A stretch of 46,941 nt of DNA from Chloroflexota bacterium. GTDB lineage: Bacteria > Chloroflexota > Anaerolineae > Anaerolineales > UBA11858. Location: assembly GCA_030608465.1 (NCBI GenBank), contig JAUWEC010000003.1, forward strand, positions 1-46,941. Reading direction: 5' to 3'. Every line of letters begins with the position of its first letter. Positions within the stretch are counted from its first letter, which is position 1. A model generated the notes under the pieces. That model did not search any database, was not told the DNA's origin, and was given only the letters and a program-made list of their open reading frames with translations. The translations under genes and the position numbers were made by a program. Shown in pieces: positions 44,728-46,941 of the stretch.

Positions 44728-44736
44728 ATTATAACA
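44728..44736 (-). promoter_or_regulatory. Extended -10 promoter for the leader-tyrS transcript
   Basis: TG-T-TATAAT on the minus strand. Confidence 0.7.
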
Positions 44737-44751
44737 AATAATTAATCTATC

Positions 44752-44781
44752 GGATACAGTTTCCTCAATGAAACCGTATCC
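44752..44781. terminator. Hairpin downstream of ileS
   Basis: GGATACAGTTTC / GAAACCGTATCC inverted repeat; weak U-tract on the minus strand. Confidence 0.45.
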
Positions 44782-44813
44782 TCAAAAAAAGAAACCATGC
44801 CCTACGTGTTTAT

Positions 44814-46941
44814 CTACTCAACAACCTTTAATCCCAAGGTCACTTCCTCACCTTCGAAACTTGAGGTTCCGCTGTACATGTCTTTTTCCGGGTCGCCTTC
44901 ACTCATTTCTACCGTGAGAGTCTCTTCCATGATGTAGTCTCGATGGGTTTCAATAGCGTTTTGGAGGGTTGGCGAAGCCTGGTAAACCAGGGAAATCCGG
45001 TCGGATATATTAAATTCTGCTTGTTTTCGGAAGTCCTGGATGCGGCGAATGATTTCCCGCGCAAGTCCTTCATCCCGCAGTTCCGCAGTGATCTCGGTTT
45101 CAATGGCAATGGTAAGCAGTTTGCTGTCCACTGTGGATAAGCCTTCTGCTGCTTCACTGCGGAGGAGGACTTCTTCTGCGGTGAGCTGGATTTGTTTCCC
45201 CTCCAGTTCTAGGGGTATATTTTTGCCTTCATTCACCAGGGTGACAATTTCCTCCGGATCCTTTTCAGACAAAGCGGCTTGAACTTTTGGGAAGTCCGTC
45301 CCGTACTTTGGTCCCAGGGCACGATTGTTTGGAAGCACCTTATAGACCAGGAGGGATTTTGCATCCTGGACAAATACCAGGTCCTTAACATTTAGCTCGT
45401 CTTTGACGATTTCAATCAGCTCTTTATCAAGTTCTGCTCGACCTTCTTTGACGTGAACCAGTACTTGAGCGAGAGGTTGACGGACTTTGATCCCAACATT
45501 GCTGCGGGCGCTTAGTCCCTGGCTGGCGGTTTCCCGGGCTAATTTCATCTGATCGATTAATTTTTGATCGATGGCATTCTGATCTACATCAGGCCAGAGG
45601 GTGTGGTGGATACTCTGGTGGGCATCCGGGTATAATGACCTGACAAGGTTCTGGTAGATTTGTTCGGTGAGGAAAGGAATCACCGGGGCCAAGGAGCGGC
45701 TCATCTTTACCAGGACGTGCCAGAGCGTTTCGTAGGCGGTGTTTTTATCCTGGTCAGTCTCTGTTTTCCAATATCGCCTCCGGGAGCGGCGGACATACCA
45801 GTTACTCAGATCATCCAGGAGGGACTCGAATTCCAGGGTAGCGTTATATGCGTTTGAGTTTTCCAGATCCGATGTGACCTGTTCTACGGTCTGGTTTAAC
45901 CGGGCCAGGATCCAGCGGTCCAGCGGATTTTGACTTTCTGGTGTAGGTCCTTCGGGATAATCCTGGTCAAATTTCTTTGATTCAGGGGACCAACCGTCGA
46001 TTTCGGCATAGGTGGTAAAGAAGGAATAGACATTCCAGAAAGGAATGATGAACCGGCGGCGGGTTTCCTCCGCGCGGTGATAACCAAACAACAGGTTGTT
46101 TTCCGGTTTATGCGCGCTGTACAGCCAGCGCATAACATCCACGCCCATTTTATCCGCGGCTTCGTTGAACTCTATTGAATTTCCCGAGGATTTATGCATT
46201 TCCCGGCCATCTTCTGCATGCAAGCTGGCGTAGCTGAAATTCTCCAGGAAAGGAGGCGAGTTGTCCAGAACGGTCCCCATGGCAAGTAAACTGTAGAACC
46301 AATTGCGGAATTGTCCCGGAAATGATTCGCTGATCCAGTGAGCGGGATACCACTTTTCCCAGAATTTCGGATCAGTCCGGAAACTCAAAGTGGAAAATGG
46401 CACAATGCCCGCATCCAGCCAGGGATTGCCCACATCGGGAATACGGGTCATCTTTCCACCGCATTTATCGCAGGCCAACACTACCTCATCGATAAACGGG
46501 CGGTGAGGTGTATGCCCTTTGAGGGCGTCAAATCCCTCTATGGCTCTTTCTTCCAATTCCTCTTCATCACCAATCACATGGAAATGATCACAATCCTGAC
46601 ATACCCAGATCGGCAAGGCTAATCCCCAGTAGCGTTTTTTGGAAATCATCCAGTCGTGCATGTTTCGCAGCCAATCCAATTCACGGGCGTATCCAAAATC
46701 AGGGATCCAGCGGATTTGATCCACTACATCCATAATTTGATAGCGCAGGCTGGACTCCTTCTCTTCCGCGGTAATCTCTTCCCGGGGTTTCTGGTAGTTC
46801 TCACCCATGTTGATGAACCATTCATCCACCAGACGGAAAACGAGTTCGGTTTTACAGCGCCAACAGGTGGGATAGCGGTGCGTATAGGGTTCTACATGAT
46901 ATAGAATGTCTTTTTCTTCCAGGTTTTTAAAAATTTCATCC
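44814..46941 (-). CDS. ileS: Isoleucyl-tRNA synthetase type 2, 5' end outside the window
   Basis: Frame is open to the window edge (HRYPTCWRCK); DWMISKKRYWG, PWLDAG, EMHKS, LSNWYVRRSRRR, IKVRQPL, EG.AREI.RRIQ. Confidence 0.93.
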   Translation of the reverse strand, partial: DEIFKNLEEKDILYHVEPYTHRYPTCWRCKTELVFRLVDEWFINMGENYQKPREEITAEEKESSLRYQIMDVVDQIRWIPDFGYARELDWLRNMHDWMISKKRYWGLALPIWVCQDCDHFHVIGDEEELEERAIEGFDALKGHTPHRPFIDEVVLACDKCGGKMTRIPDVGNPWLDAGIVPFSTLSFRTDPKFWEKWYPAHWISESFPGQFRNWFYSLLAMGTVLDNSPPFLENFSYASLHAEDGREMHKSSGNSIEFNEAADKMGVDVMRWLYSAHKPENNLLFGYHRAEETRRRFIIPFWNVYSFFTTYAEIDGWSPESKKFDQDYPEGPTPESQNPLDRWILARLNQTVEQVTSDLENSNAYNATLEFESLLDDLSNWYVRRSRRRYWKTETDQDKNTAYETLWHVLVKMSRSLAPVIPFLTEQIYQNLVRSLYPDAHQSIHHTLWPDVDQNAIDQKLIDQMKLARETASQGLSARSNVGIKVRQPLAQVLVHVKEGRAELDKELIEIVKDELNVKDLVFVQDAKSLLVYKVLPNNRALGPKYGTDFPKVQAALSEKDPEEIVTLVNEGKNIPLELEGKQIQLTAEEVLLRSEAAEGLSTVDSKLLTIAIETEITAELRDEGLAREIIRRIQDFRKQAEFNISDRISLVYQASPTLQNAIETHRDYIMEETLTVEMSEGDPEKDMYSGTSSFEGEEVTLGLKVVE

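Noticed and set aside
44570-44813. T-box riboswitch upstream of tyrS
   Set aside because: No GGTGGNACCGCG T-box sequence or stem I visible, and the leader is only ~150 nt; a leader peptide fits better

Overview
Mostly chromosomal core and accessory DNA of moderate GC, probably from an Anaerolineae-like Chloroflexota bacterium (inferred from Thr/Pro-rich lipoprotein linkers, acidic PxWL-repeat proteins, an LPxTG protein and type-2 IleRS). No CRISPR array, rRNA, tRNA, integrase or transposase was seen. Contents in order: partial acyl-CoA dehydrogenase; divergent glmS; a solo AbiF/Abi_2 HEPN gene behind a structured, terminated ~60-nt RNA; gatC-gatA-pfkB-HAD; two PEMT/ICMT-family genes; a VIT-vWA protein; an SQR-DUF1641-TusE-DsrE sulfur operon; a PspC/DUF2089/SHOCT-like envelope-stress module; three tandem LysM-M23 (LasA-like) lipoproteins; rsmG, recF, def and a phosphohexomutase; a tightly coupled 7-gene operon of unknown function built around a GlmL/MutL-like ASKHA ATPase and several membrane proteins; fumarase alpha, kynU, a formyltransferase, tyrS and partial ileS. 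Best leads: (1) an unannotated, apparently leaderless 16-aa peptide with three consecutive Tyr codons followed by a hairpin and a terminator directly upstream of tyrS, i.e. a candidate tyrosine-sensing ribosomal attenuator; (2) the orphan GlmL-ATPase membrane operon; (3) the AbiF RNA-antitoxin-like cassette; (4) a shared ECF-sigma promoter motif before two distant genes. All family assignments are by eye from motifs, with no database search.
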